Both the position numbers and the translations under genes were made by a program. Source: Chitinophagales bacterium (GTDB lineage: Bacteria; Bacteroidota; Bacteroidia; Chitinophagales; JADIYW01). Taken from it: 64,000 nucleotides of DNA. Each line of letters starts with the position of its first letter. Position 1 is the stretch's first letter. This document shows positions 38,497 through 47,771 of this stretch, piece by piece. Under the pieces are notes generated by a model. It made no database searches. It had not been told where the DNA came from and saw only the letters and a list, made by a program, of their open reading frames with translations. The stretch lies in assembly GCA_017984135.1 (NCBI GenBank), contig JAGNZZ010000001.1, forward strand, positions 185,832 to 249,831, in the 5' to 3' direction.

Positions 38497-39438
38497 CTAG
38501 AATTTAATAGTAATGGCTGGATATTTGTGCTGAAATGTTTGAATGAAACTATTTTTCTGTTCCTTTAATCGTTCATTTTCTATACTATTTTCATGCTTTA
38601 CGCGATGTTGAAACAACAACCTACCTTTTTCAATTTCTTTATTAATTTCATGTGTTTGATGTTCGAAAAATACGGATGAAAATTGCTTCCAAATATATTT
38701 AATAGCAACTTCGTTGGGATGCAACATATCTTCTGCATAAAATCGATAATCACGTAATTCGTCCATCATAATTTCATAAGAAGGAAAATAAAAACAATTT
38801 CTATTTTCAGATATCAATTGATGAATACATTCTATCAAAATACTTTTACTTCGTAAATTTTCAATGGCACCATCTCGCCAATGTCGAACCGGCGAAACAG
38901 TAAATACAATATTTATATCCTTAACTAAATGTTGAATGGAATTAAAAGCAGACTTTATCGCATCTATTGTCAATACATTTTTTTCAAATTCGATATTAGG
39001 AATTTTATGACAATTAGCGACTATTTTATCTTGTTTTATATGTCGATAAACAGATGAAGAACCCAAGGTAAGAATTAGCCACTTCGCTCCTTTTAATTGT
39101 TGTCTTGCTAATTTTATCTCATTATTTATGGCATCTAATACTACATTGACTTGCGTGTTAGAGAATTTTCCATGATGTTCGAATGAAACAAATAAATCTT
39201 GATGTCGATATAAATCATTTTCAGTAAAATATTCTTCATGGGCAATTCGTTTAATAACATTAAAAATAGAAATTGGATTATACAGAATTCCAAAAGGATT
39301 ACAATGCACATTAAATCCAAAGTAGGACAAACGATGTCCAATGTTTTCTGTAAAACAAGAACCCAACATTAATATTCTATCCGAATGATTTATGAAAAAA
39401 GGTGAAATTGGTATTTGTATTTTAGTTCTAAATTCCAT
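38497..39438 (-). CDS. GSCFA-domain protein
   Basis: Contains the eponymous MLGSCFTENIG motif near the N-terminus. Start placed at MEFRTKI (39438). The ORF is open to 39471, so the start is uncertain. Confidence 0.7.
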   Translation of the reverse strand: MEFRTKIQIPISPFFINHSDRILMLGSCFTENIGHRLSYFGFNVHCNPFGILYNPISIFNVIKRIAHEEYFTENDLYRHQDLFVSFEHHGKFSNTQVNVVLDAINNEIKLARQQLKGAKWLILTLGSSSVYRHIKQDKIVANCHKIPNIEFEKNVLTIDAIKSAFNSIQHLVKDINIVFTVSPVRHWRDGAIENLRSKSILIECIHQLISENRNCFYFPSYEIMMDELRDYRFYAEDMLHPNEVAIKYIWKQFSSVFFEHQTHEINKEIEKGRLLFQHRVKHENSIENERLKEQKNSFIQTFQHKYPAITIKF

Positions 39439-39508
39439 TCGTGTACAACTTATTTTTGTCAAAATTAGCAAATTTCATTTTTTGGAAAGATATTTGCTCT
39501 TAATAGTT

Positions 39509-40780
39509 ATGCAAAATATAAAAACATTATTTTTATTTATTACTATTAGTTGGATTTCGTCCAGTTATGCTGCAATCTATATGGATGCTGTTTACAATGA
39601 AAAAATAAAAACGGTTCAGTTGTTTCCACAAGGTGCTGATATGGCAATGCCCATTTTAAATATTAATAACAACGAAATATTGGAACTGCATTTCGATGAT
39701 TTATCCAATTCACCTAAATCGTATTATTATACCATTCTTCAATGTCAGAGCAATTGGACACCAACCATGATGAATCAAATGGAATATATAGATGGATTTA
39801 TGGAAGCAAACATTTCAGATTATGATTATTCAAATGGCACTAAAATTCCGTACGTGCATTACAAATTAGAGTTTCCAAATCAAGATATGAGCGTCAATCG
39901 TTCAGGAAATTACGCATTAATTGTGTATGAAAACAATAAAGAAAATCCAATTTTTATTAAACGATTTATGGTTGCAGAAGCAAAAGTAGTAATAGATGCC
40001 AATGTTGCTTATACCAGAAATTTATCTCAAAGAGATAAACTACAAGAAGTAGTTTTTCGTGTCAATTATAAAGGATTTAAAATAGATAATCCACAAATGG
40101 AAATAAAAGCAACAGTGCTTCAAAATTACCGTTGGGATAATGCTAAAACCGAAATCAAACCACAGTTTGTAGGCATGAATGAACTTAACTTCGATTTTAA
40201 TGGTGTACTCACCTATCCTTCCGTGGGTCGTGAATTTCGATTTTTTGACATGCGTTCATTGCGTTTTAGAGGACAAAATATAAGAGCTTTCGATATTCAA
40301 GAAAATGAAAATGAAGTATATCTATTATATGACAAACCAACTCAGCCAAATAAATATCAAATGGTTAAAGATTTGAATGGGCAATATTATATTGAAAATT
40401 TAGACAATCCTTACTATAATACAGGAGCAGACTACGCCAACGTACATTTTAATTTTGATTTTAATGGTAAAATTGAAGACGGAAACTTTTATGTCATTGG
40501 TGCGTTTAATAACTGGACATGCAACGAAAATTCAAAACTCTATTATAATACATTAGACAAAAGTTATGCTACTAACATTCAATTAAAGCAAGGATTATAT
40601 AACTATACCTATGTTTATAAAAATGAAATAACAAATACTACCGATTCATACAGCACCGAAGGATATTATTATGATACTGAAAATGATTACACGATACTAT
40701 TATATTTTACTCCATTTGGTGAACGTTATGACAGACTAATTGCAGTTAAACACATCAACTCAATCATAAATAGAATGTAA
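39509..40780 (+). CDS. DUF5103-family protein (type IX secretion plug-like)
   Basis: Start chosen at MQNIKTLFLFITISWISSSYA (signal peptide). The longer ORF from 39392 would overlap the divergent GSCFA gene. VQLFP.....PILNINNNEILELHFDDL...YYYTILQCQSNW..T...EY.DGF fits my recollection of DUF5103/T9SS_plug_1st. Confidence 0.5.
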   Translation: MQNIKTLFLFITISWISSSYAAIYMDAVYNEKIKTVQLFPQGADMAMPILNINNNEILELHFDDLSNSPKSYYYTILQCQSNWTPTMMNQMEYIDGFMEANISDYDYSNGTKIPYVHYKLEFPNQDMSVNRSGNYALIVYENNKENPIFIKRFMVAEAKVVIDANVAYTRNLSQRDKLQEVVFRVNYKGFKIDNPQMEIKATVLQNYRWDNAKTEIKPQFVGMNELNFDFNGVLTYPSVGREFRFFDMRSLRFRGQNIRAFDIQENENEVYLLYDKPTQPNKYQMVKDLNGQYYIENLDNPYYNTGADYANVHFNFDFNGKIEDGNFYVIGAFNNWTCNENSKLYYNTLDKSYATNIQLKQGLYNYTYVYKNEITNTTDSYSTEGYYYDTENDYTILLYFTPFGERYDRLIAVKHINSIINRM

Positions 40781-41334
40781 TGGCTACAAAATTTGACATA
40801 CAAAAAGGAGATTTACTAATTGCGGAACCATTCATGAAAGATTCCAATTTTAAACGCACCGTAACGCTGATTTGTGAACACAATGCAGAAGGAACATTAG
40901 GATTGATTTTAAACAGACCTTCCATTTTTAAAGTAACAGAAATGATTCCCAACTTTCCTGCTTTTTCATCCCATGTAAATTACGGTGGACCAGTAGGAAT
41001 GGATCGGTTAAATTTTATACATAGTTATGGCGATAAAATTGAAGGTGCCTTTCCTATTGTTGATAATTTATATTGGAATGGAAATTTTGAACAATTGAAA
41101 GAGTTGATTCGCAAAAAAATGATAATGCCACAAAACATTCGATTCTTTAGTGGTTATGCAGGCTGGGAAGCCGGACAATTGGAAGAAGAAATGCAAGATA
41201 ACAGTTGGATTGTTTCAAAAAATAATCCAGAAATATTTAAAATGAGTGCCTATATGTGGAAAGAAATTTTAGAAAAAATGGGCGGTAAAAACAAGCTTAT
41301 TTCCACTTTTCCTGAAGATCCCATTTTGAATTAA
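40780..41334 (+). CDS. YqgE/AlgH-family protein (UPF0301)
   Basis: 184-aa ORF with GDLLIAEPFMKDSNFKRTVTLICEHNAEGTLGLILNRP. Its start overlaps the upstream stop (ATGTAATG region). Confidence 0.85.
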   Translation: MATKFDIQKGDLLIAEPFMKDSNFKRTVTLICEHNAEGTLGLILNRPSIFKVTEMIPNFPAFSSHVNYGGPVGMDRLNFIHSYGDKIEGAFPIVDNLYWNGNFEQLKELIRKKMIMPQNIRFFSGYAGWEAGQLEEEMQDNSWIVSKNNPEIFKMSAYMWKEILEKMGGKNKLISTFPEDPILN

Positions 41335-41364
41335 TGCGTATAAAATTGCAATAAAAAGTCAAAA

Positions 41365-42984
41365 TTACTCTAGCTCAATTTTTGTTTCTTTCAGCATTAA
41401 CATATTCATGGCATTGGGTTTAAATCCAGAAATATATTTATGCACGAATCTCGTCACTTCATCATAAAACAAAGGAACCACAGGTGCTTCATCTAAAATA
41501 ATTTTTTCCATCTCATGATACAAAGTATATGATTTTTGTACCGATGTTTCTTTTAAAGAGGCTTCATAAAGGGCATCAAATTTTTCATTTTTAAAATAAG
41601 TATAATTAGGCGGTGCTCCATTTTTACTATAAAAAAGTGTCAAATAATTTTCACCATCCGGATAATCACCAATCCATGACGCTCGAAAAAATGGAGCTTC
41701 GTTTTTTCGCATTGCTTCTCGTAAAAATGAAGCCGGCACATTTTCAATCACACATTTAATTCCAATACTCGATAATTCATTGGCAATATTTGTTATTAAG
41801 TCACTATACGTTGGATTGGAATAAATTTTTATTTCACTGAGTCCTTTTCCATTTGGAAAACCTGCTTCAATTAATAATTGTTTTGCTTTTTTTAGATTAT
41901 AAGAATAACCAACTACAGCCTTTTCATCAAAACAAGGAATGCCTTTCGGAATCATGCCACTTTCAGCTGGAACACCAATACCATTTCTCAAATACTGTAT
42001 CATCTTTTTTCTATCAATTGCATAATTTATCGCTTGTCTAACTTTTTTATTTTTTAATGAATGATATGGTTGTTTTCCCATGGAAATACCTAAATATTCT
42101 GTATTTAAATAAGGTAACTTTTCAAAAATAATCTCCTTTTTCCATTCAGGTTGCAACTCACCAGTTCGAGTCAATAATTTATCCTTATAAGAAATATCTA
42201 GTCCAGTAATAAAATCAATTTTTCTTTGAGAAAATTGTAAAAACTCAGCACCTTTATCTGCAATAAAACTAATGCGAATGCCTTGTAAATAAGGCAATTT
42301 GCCACCATTGCTGTCTGTTTCAAAATAGTTACTATTTTTTGTCAAAACCAACACATTTCCTTCCACCCAACGTACCAACTTAAATGGACCTGTTCCAATT
42401 GGATGTGAACGAAAATCTTTCCCATAAAACGCCACCACTTCTTTAGGAACTACAGAACAATATTGCAAGGTCAACATACCTAACATTGGATAAAATGGAG
42501 TTTTTAAATGAATCACAAATGTGGTATCATTTAACGCTTCAAACGGATTTGATTTATCTACTTTATCATTAAACAACCAAGCTCCAGTGGATGCAACACT
42601 TGTATCAATTAATCGATTAAAAGAATACACAAAATCTTGTGCCACTACTCTTCTACCTTTTTTATTTTTAAATTGAGCATCATCATGAAAATAAACATCA
42701 CTTCGTAAATTAAAAGTATATGTTAAACCATCTTCACTTATTGTCCATTTTTTGGCTATGCAAGGTTGAACATTGAGTTCCTCATCTATTTGTACCAATC
42801 CATTAAAAAGTTGATTATCGCACCACATAGTGGCTTGATCTTTAGAAAATGCCGGATCTAAAGAGGCTAATCCGGCTGAAATATTTAAACGAAACACATC
42901 TCGCTTTACATTTTTATTTTCATGACAAGCAGTCAATAAAATGGATACTAAAACAGTATTAAAAATAATTTTAATAATTGACAT
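41365..42984 (-). CDS. Solute-binding protein family 5 (peptide/nickel ABC-type) lipoprotein, orphan
   Basis: 539-aa ORF with a signal peptide and lipobox LLTAC. SBP_bac_5-like features include LDPAFSKDQA and GTGPFKLVRW. No permease or ATPase genes are adjacent. Confidence 0.78.
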   Translation of the reverse strand: MSIIKIIFNTVLVSILLTACHENKNVKRDVFRLNISAGLASLDPAFSKDQATMWCDNQLFNGLVQIDEELNVQPCIAKKWTISEDGLTYTFNLRSDVYFHDDAQFKNKKGRRVVAQDFVYSFNRLIDTSVASTGAWLFNDKVDKSNPFEALNDTTFVIHLKTPFYPMLGMLTLQYCSVVPKEVVAFYGKDFRSHPIGTGPFKLVRWVEGNVLVLTKNSNYFETDSNGGKLPYLQGIRISFIADKGAEFLQFSQRKIDFITGLDISYKDKLLTRTGELQPEWKKEIIFEKLPYLNTEYLGISMGKQPYHSLKNKKVRQAINYAIDRKKMIQYLRNGIGVPAESGMIPKGIPCFDEKAVVGYSYNLKKAKQLLIEAGFPNGKGLSEIKIYSNPTYSDLITNIANELSSIGIKCVIENVPASFLREAMRKNEAPFFRASWIGDYPDGENYLTLFYSKNGAPPNYTYFKNEKFDALYEASLKETSVQKSYTLYHEMEKIILDEAPVVPLFYDEVTRFVHKYISGFKPNAMNMLMLKETKIELE

Positions 42985-42989
42985 ATATA

Positions 42990-43514
42990 TTAAAACTCCA
43001 AGAATGAATTAATTTGAGCATCACAAAGTTTAAGTATCTCCGTATTCGTAAAATTTCCATTTTCATCAAAATGGTGACTTACTTGCGAAATAGGAATTTT
43101 AAGATGTAATACGTTCATTTTTATATGGTTAAAAATATTGGTTAAATGCTCCATACCTCTTAAGTTTCCGGCTCTTCCTTCTGCAACGCCTACTAAACAC
43201 GCTTTTTTATTAAAAAAACATTTCTTCAAATCAGTGGCATCAATAAATGCTTTAAACATGCCAGGAAAACTTCCATTATATTCAGGTACTACAAATATAA
43301 ATTTTGTTGTTGGAGCTAAAATAGTATCTTCTATTTCAACTTGTTGTATGGTTTTTTCATCTTGATAGGTGTGATTAAAGATTGAATCTTTCACAGATTC
43401 TAGTGTGAACAAACGATGTTCAATTTCTTTTTGAGTCAATAAGTTGCTGTATAAATCAGCAATTTTTCGAGAATAACTGTTTGGGCGTGCAGTAGCGTGA
43501 AATATGGTTAACAT
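42990..43514 (-). CDS. NAD(P)H-dependent FMN reductase-family oxidoreductase
   Basis: 174-aa flavodoxin-like ORF with FVVPEYNGSFPGMFKAFID, typical of the FMN_red family. Confidence 0.7.
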   Translation of the reverse strand: MLTIFHATARPNSYSRKIADLYSNLLTQKEIEHRLFTLESVKDSIFNHTYQDEKTIQQVEIEDTILAPTTKFIFVVPEYNGSFPGMFKAFIDATDLKKCFFNKKACLVGVAEGRAGNLRGMEHLTNIFNHIKMNVLHLKIPISQVSHHFDENGNFTNTEILKLCDAQINSFLEF

Positions 43515-43528
43515 TTTGCTTTTTTTTA

Positions 43529-43608
43529 TGTGGATAAAAGTAAAACTACTTCATACACAATTAATTAAAAATTATCCACAAAATATGTGTGTAAAATCTT
43601 TATACACT
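43529..43608. promoter_or_regulatory. Cluster of five DnaA-box-like 9-mers (two perfect)
   Basis: TGTGGATAA at 43529-43537 (the reverse complement of TTATCCACA) and TTATCCACA at 43572-43580 are perfect. TCATACACA (43551-43559), TGTGTGTAA (43586-43594) and TTATACACT (43600-43608) each differ at one position from TTWTNCACA. By manual scan, no other perfect box occurs in the 64 kb. Confidence 0.6.
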
Positions 43609-43635
43609 TCACTCAAATTGCTGGTATTAATAGGT

Positions 43636-43643
43636 TATTTTTG
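43636..43643 (+). promoter_or_regulatory. Candidate -7 box TATTTTTG upstream of the hydrolase-parA-parB operon
   Basis: Matches TAnnTTTG, about 90 nt before the ATG at 43733. Confidence 0.3.
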
Positions 43644-43732
43644 AAGCGTGGAACATTTTGTTAAAATGAACATACTTCATTTTATTAGGATTGCTCCTGA
43701 AGGTATAAAAATTAATCAGTAAAAACAGAAAA

Positions 43733-44416
43733 ATGCACTTCACCTATTATGGTCATTCATGTTTTTTAATAGAAACAAATGGGATTAAAATTTTATTTGA
43801 TCCATTTATTTCACCTAATGAATTAGCAAAAGGTAAAGTGGATATCAATACCATTGAATGTAATTACATTGCTATTTCACATGGCCATTTTGACCATGTA
43901 GCAGATGTTGAAAATATTGCCCAACGCACGAACGCTACTATCATTTGTGCGTATGAATTGTATGAATATTTTTCTAAAAAAGGATTGAAAAATTTTAGAC
44001 CTATGAATGTAGGTGGAAAATGGACGACAGATTTTGGAAGTGTAAAATGTGTAAATGCTGTTCATTCATCTAATTTACCGGATGGAAGTTATGGTGCCAA
44101 TGCCATGGGATTCGTATTTAATACAAAAGAAGGTGATTTTTATTACAGTGGCGATACGGCATTAACCATGGATATGCAATTAATTCCAAGATGGGCAAAC
44201 TTAAAATTTGCCGTTTTGCCCATTGGCGATAATTTCACTATGGATGTAGAAGATGCCATTACCGCTGCAGATTTTGTTCAATGCAACAAAGTAATTGGTG
44301 TTCATTACGATACTTTTGGGTTTATTGTAATCAACCATGATGAAGCCAAAGAAAAATTTACTAAAAAAGAAAAGGAACTTCTTTTGTTAAACATAGGAGA
44401 AACTATTAATTTATAA
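43733..44416 (+). CDS. Metal-dependent hydrolase, MBL fold (UPF0173 / YtkL-like)
   Basis: 227-aa ORF with FTYYGHSCFLIE..G..ILFDPF and ISHGHFDH motifs. Confidence 0.8.
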   Translation: MHFTYYGHSCFLIETNGIKILFDPFISPNELAKGKVDINTIECNYIAISHGHFDHVADVENIAQRTNATIICAYELYEYFSKKGLKNFRPMNVGGKWTTDFGSVKCVNAVHSSNLPDGSYGANAMGFVFNTKEGDFYYSGDTALTMDMQLIPRWANLKFAVLPIGDNFTMDVEDAITAADFVQCNKVIGVHYDTFGFIVINHDEAKEKFTKKEKELLLLNIGETINL

Positions 44417-44431
44417 ATAGAAACAAGCAAC

Positions 44432-45250
44432 ATGTCCAAAATAATTAGTATAGCAAATCAAAAAGGTGGTGTGGGAAAAACAACTACAGCCATCAACTTG
44501 GCGGCAAGTTTAGCCATCTTAGAACAAAAAACATTATTAATAGATGCAGATCCACAGGCAAACAGTACAAGTGGCTGCGGTTTTGACCCAAAAAATGTAA
44601 AAGTAAGTTTGTATGAATGCCTAATTGATAGCGTAAAAGCAAAAGATATTATTTTAGAAACAGATACTCCTAATTTACATGTGCTTCCAGCGCATTTAGA
44701 TTTAGTAGGTGCTGAAATCGAATTAATCAATCATCCCAATAGAGAAAAAATTTTAAAAGGAATTATACAAGAATTAAAAAATACGTATGATTTTATCATC
44801 ATCGATTGTTCGCCGTCGTTAGGCTTAATCACAGTGAATGCTTTAACGGCTTCTGATTCCGTTTTAGTGCCGGTACAATGTGAATATTTTGCGTTAGAAG
44901 GCTTAGGGAAATTATTAAATACCATTAAAATTGTGCAATCAAGATTAAACAAAGATTTAGAAATTGAAGGAATTTTATTGACAATGTACGATCAACGTTT
45001 AAACCTATCCAACCAAGTAGTGGCAGAAGTAAAACGTAGATTTGAAAACAGTGTATTTAGCACCATAATTCATAGAAATACAAGATTAGGCGAAGCTCAA
45101 AGTTTAAGACAACCTATTATAATGTATGATGCAGAAAGTAAAGGTGCCATCAATTATTTAAATTTAGCTAGAGAAATTTTACAAAACAATGGATTGACCA
45201 ATATTCCAATGGAAGATAAATTTATTGAAGTAGATGAAAACTTAAATTAA
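44432..45250 (+). CDS. parA: Chromosome partitioning ATPase ParA/Soj
   Basis: 272-aa ORF with the deviant Walker A NQKGGVGKTTT and DCSPSLG. Immediately upstream of parB. Confidence 0.93.
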   Translation: MSKIISIANQKGGVGKTTTAINLAASLAILEQKTLLIDADPQANSTSGCGFDPKNVKVSLYECLIDSVKAKDIILETDTPNLHVLPAHLDLVGAEIELINHPNREKILKGIIQELKNTYDFIIIDCSPSLGLITVNALTASDSVLVPVQCEYFALEGLGKLLNTIKIVQSRLNKDLEIEGILLTMYDQRLNLSNQVVAEVKRRFENSVFSTIIHRNTRLGEAQSLRQPIIMYDAESKGAINYLNLAREILQNNGLTNIPMEDKFIEVDENLN

Positions 45251-45276
45251 TTAACAAAAAATATCTATTATACACA

Positions 45277-46185
45277 ATGGCATTAGTAAGCAAGAAAAAA
45301 GACGCGTTAGGAAAAGGAATACGTGCTTTATTATCAGATATTGATGATGACAATGAAATTTTAAAAATTAGTGCAACCGATGATGATTCGATTGTCAATA
45401 CCGTTCCAAAAATTAAATTGGATTTAATAGAGGTGAATCCGTTTCAACCTAGAGCAGATTTTAATCAACAAGCTTTAGAGGAATTATCTTCATCCATAAA
45501 AGTACATGGTGTTATCCAACCTATTACTGTTCGAAAAATTGGCGATAAAAAATATCAATTAATTTCTGGTGAACGTCGATTGCGTGCCTCACAAATGGCT
45601 GGTTTAGAAGAAATTCCGGCTTATGTGCGAACCGCCAACGATCAAGAAGTGGTGGAAATGGCTTTAATTGAAAATATTCAACGTGAAGACTTAAATGCAA
45701 TTGAAGTAGCACTCACCTATCAACGTTTAATAGATGAATGTGAATTGACGCATGAAAATTTAGGTGACAGATTAGGTAAAGACAGATCTACCGTAACCAA
45801 CTACTTACGTTTATTAAAATTACCACCGGAAATTCAAAAAGCATTGCGTGACAAAGTTTTATCTATGGGACATGCTCGTGCTATAATTTCTGTGCCTGAA
45901 GTAGATAAACAATTATATGTTTTAAAAGAAGTAAATTCCAAAGGTTTATCTGTACGAAAAACGGAAGAATTAGTACGCTTGTTATCTTCCTCTAATGTTA
46001 AAAAAGCAGAGAAAAAAGAACCATCTTTGCCTGTTGCATACAAAAGTGTGCAGTCAAAATTAATGGATATTTTTGAGACGAAAGTGAAAATTAAAAAATC
46101 TGCAACAGATAAAGGTGAAATCGTCATCCCTTTTTATTCTGTATCAGACTTAAATCGTTTGTTGGATATAATTGAGAAAGAGTAA
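45277..46185 (+). CDS. parB: Chromosome partitioning protein ParB/Spo0J
   Basis: 302-aa ORF with NPFQPR, GVIQPITVR, the GERRLRA arginine patch, and the HTH region LGKDRSTVTNYLRLL. Confidence 0.93.
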   Translation: MALVSKKKDALGKGIRALLSDIDDDNEILKISATDDDSIVNTVPKIKLDLIEVNPFQPRADFNQQALEELSSSIKVHGVIQPITVRKIGDKKYQLISGERRLRASQMAGLEEIPAYVRTANDQEVVEMALIENIQREDLNAIEVALTYQRLIDECELTHENLGDRLGKDRSTVTNYLRLLKLPPEIQKALRDKVLSMGHARAIISVPEVDKQLYVLKEVNSKGLSVRKTEELVRLLSSSNVKKAEKKEPSLPVAYKSVQSKLMDIFETKVKIKKSATDKGEIVIPFYSVSDLNRLLDIIEKE

Positions 46186-46942
46186 ATACTCAATGTTCTA
46201 TAAATATTGGTCGAATAAAGGAATATTGCCTATCATAAAACCCGAACTTGGTTTAAGTTTAGTGGCATTTATACTCATTTTTTCAATCGAAATATCCTTT
46301 GCCCAATCTTCCGTTTTTGATTCTATTCAACTTCAACGCAGAATTGCATTTCAAGATTCAACATTAGCCCATTTAAATACATCCAATACTTCGCAAAGTA
46401 TTGATACGAATGCCGTTACGAGCGTGGATAGTTTAGAATTAAAAAATTCAATATCAAAAAAAGAAAAAAAGAAAAAAGAAAAAAAAATAGATACCACTCA
46501 TTATTCACCGAAAAAAGCAGCCATTTGGGGTGCTTCCTTTCCTGGATTGGGTCAAATCTACATGAAAAAATACTGGAAACTACCGATTGTTTATGGTGCT
46601 TTAAGTGCTACGCTCTATTTTGTAGTTTCTAATGGAAAAAAATTGAGAACATACAATGGCTATTTGAGAAACTTATACAATAATATCCCAAATCCAGCAC
46701 CAATTGATCAATTAAATTTAAGTCAAGTAGAAACATACCGAAATAATTATAGGCGAAATGTACAGTTGACAAGCTTTGCTACAGTTTTTGCTTGGGGATT
46801 ATCAATTGTGGATGCAGTGGTTGACGCTCATTTACACTCATTCGATATTTCCGATAATTTAAGTTTTAAAGTTAAACCCAATATAAACTATTCCAATTTT
46901 ACGTATTATGCAGGAATTGGAGTACATTTGAATTTCAAATAA
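46172..46942 (+). CDS. DUF5683-family membrane protein
   Basis: Contains KKAAIWGASFPGLGQIYMKKYWKLPIVYG, typical of the DUF5683 protein that follows parB in Bacteroidota. The start is uncertain; a Met at 46193 would avoid the overlap with parB. Confidence 0.6.
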   Translation: MRKSKYSMFYKYWSNKGILPIIKPELGLSLVAFILIFSIEISFAQSSVFDSIQLQRRIAFQDSTLAHLNTSNTSQSIDTNAVTSVDSLELKNSISKKEKKKKEKKIDTTHYSPKKAAIWGASFPGLGQIYMKKYWKLPIVYGALSATLYFVVSNGKKLRTYNGYLRNLYNNIPNPAPIDQLNLSQVETYRNNYRRNVQLTSFATVFAWGLSIVDAVVDAHLHSFDISDNLSFKVKPNINYSNFTYYAGIGVHLNFK

Positions 46943-46959
46943 TTTCTTTTAAATACACA

Positions 46960-47706
46960 ATGAAAATAGCATTAATCGGTTACGGAAAAATGGGAAAAGC
47001 GATCCATGAAATCGCAAAAGAAAAAAATGAGCGTTTAGGTAAAAAATTGTATGACATTTCATTAATCATTGACATCGACAATAGAAAATCTATCACCAAA
47101 GAAGATTTGAAAAAAGTGGATGTAGCCATCGAATTTACGTCACCTCACACTGCCGTAGATAATATTAAATGGTGTTTTGATGCGGATGTTCCTGTAGTGG
47201 TAGGAAGTACTGGTTGGACTGAAAAATTAGACAATATAAAACAAATAGCATTAGACAATAATAAATCATTTTTATTCGCACCAAATTTCAGTATTGGTGT
47301 AAATGTATTTTTTGAAATCAACCGCATATTAGCAAAAATCATGAATGATCATGAAGAATATGATGTGACCATGGAAGAAATCCATCATACTGAAAAAAAA
47401 GATTCACCAAGTGGAACAGCCTTGTATGCCGCTTTAGATGTCATTCAAAGGATGAAACGTAAATCAAATTGGGAAAACATGGAAACACGAGATGCATCAA
47501 CTTTATCCATTATATCAAAACGTATAGACAATGTTCCTGGAACACATACTGTTACGTATGAATCTTCTATTGATAGAATAGATTTAACGCATACTGCCCA
47601 TAATCGCAAAGGTTTTGCAAGTGGCGCATTGTTAGCGGCAGAATGGTTGCAAAATAAAAAAGGAGTATTTACCATGGAAGATGTCTTAGGTTTTAACAAA
47701 CATTAA
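46960..47706 (+). CDS. dapB: 4-hydroxy-tetrahydrodipicolinate reductase
   Basis: 248-aa ORF with IALIGYGKMGK, APNFSIGVN and EIHHTEKKDSPSGTA motifs. Confidence 0.93.
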   Translation: MKIALIGYGKMGKAIHEIAKEKNERLGKKLYDISLIIDIDNRKSITKEDLKKVDVAIEFTSPHTAVDNIKWCFDADVPVVVGSTGWTEKLDNIKQIALDNNKSFLFAPNFSIGVNVFFEINRILAKIMNDHEEYDVTMEEIHHTEKKDSPSGTALYAALDVIQRMKRKSNWENMETRDASTLSIISKRIDNVPGTHTVTYESSIDRIDLTHTAHNRKGFASGALLAAEWLQNKKGVFTMEDVLGFNKH

Positions 47707-47771
47707 GATACGATTTGTAATACTATTCATTTAAATTCAACTTATCCCATTTATCCAAAAAAAAATAAAAA

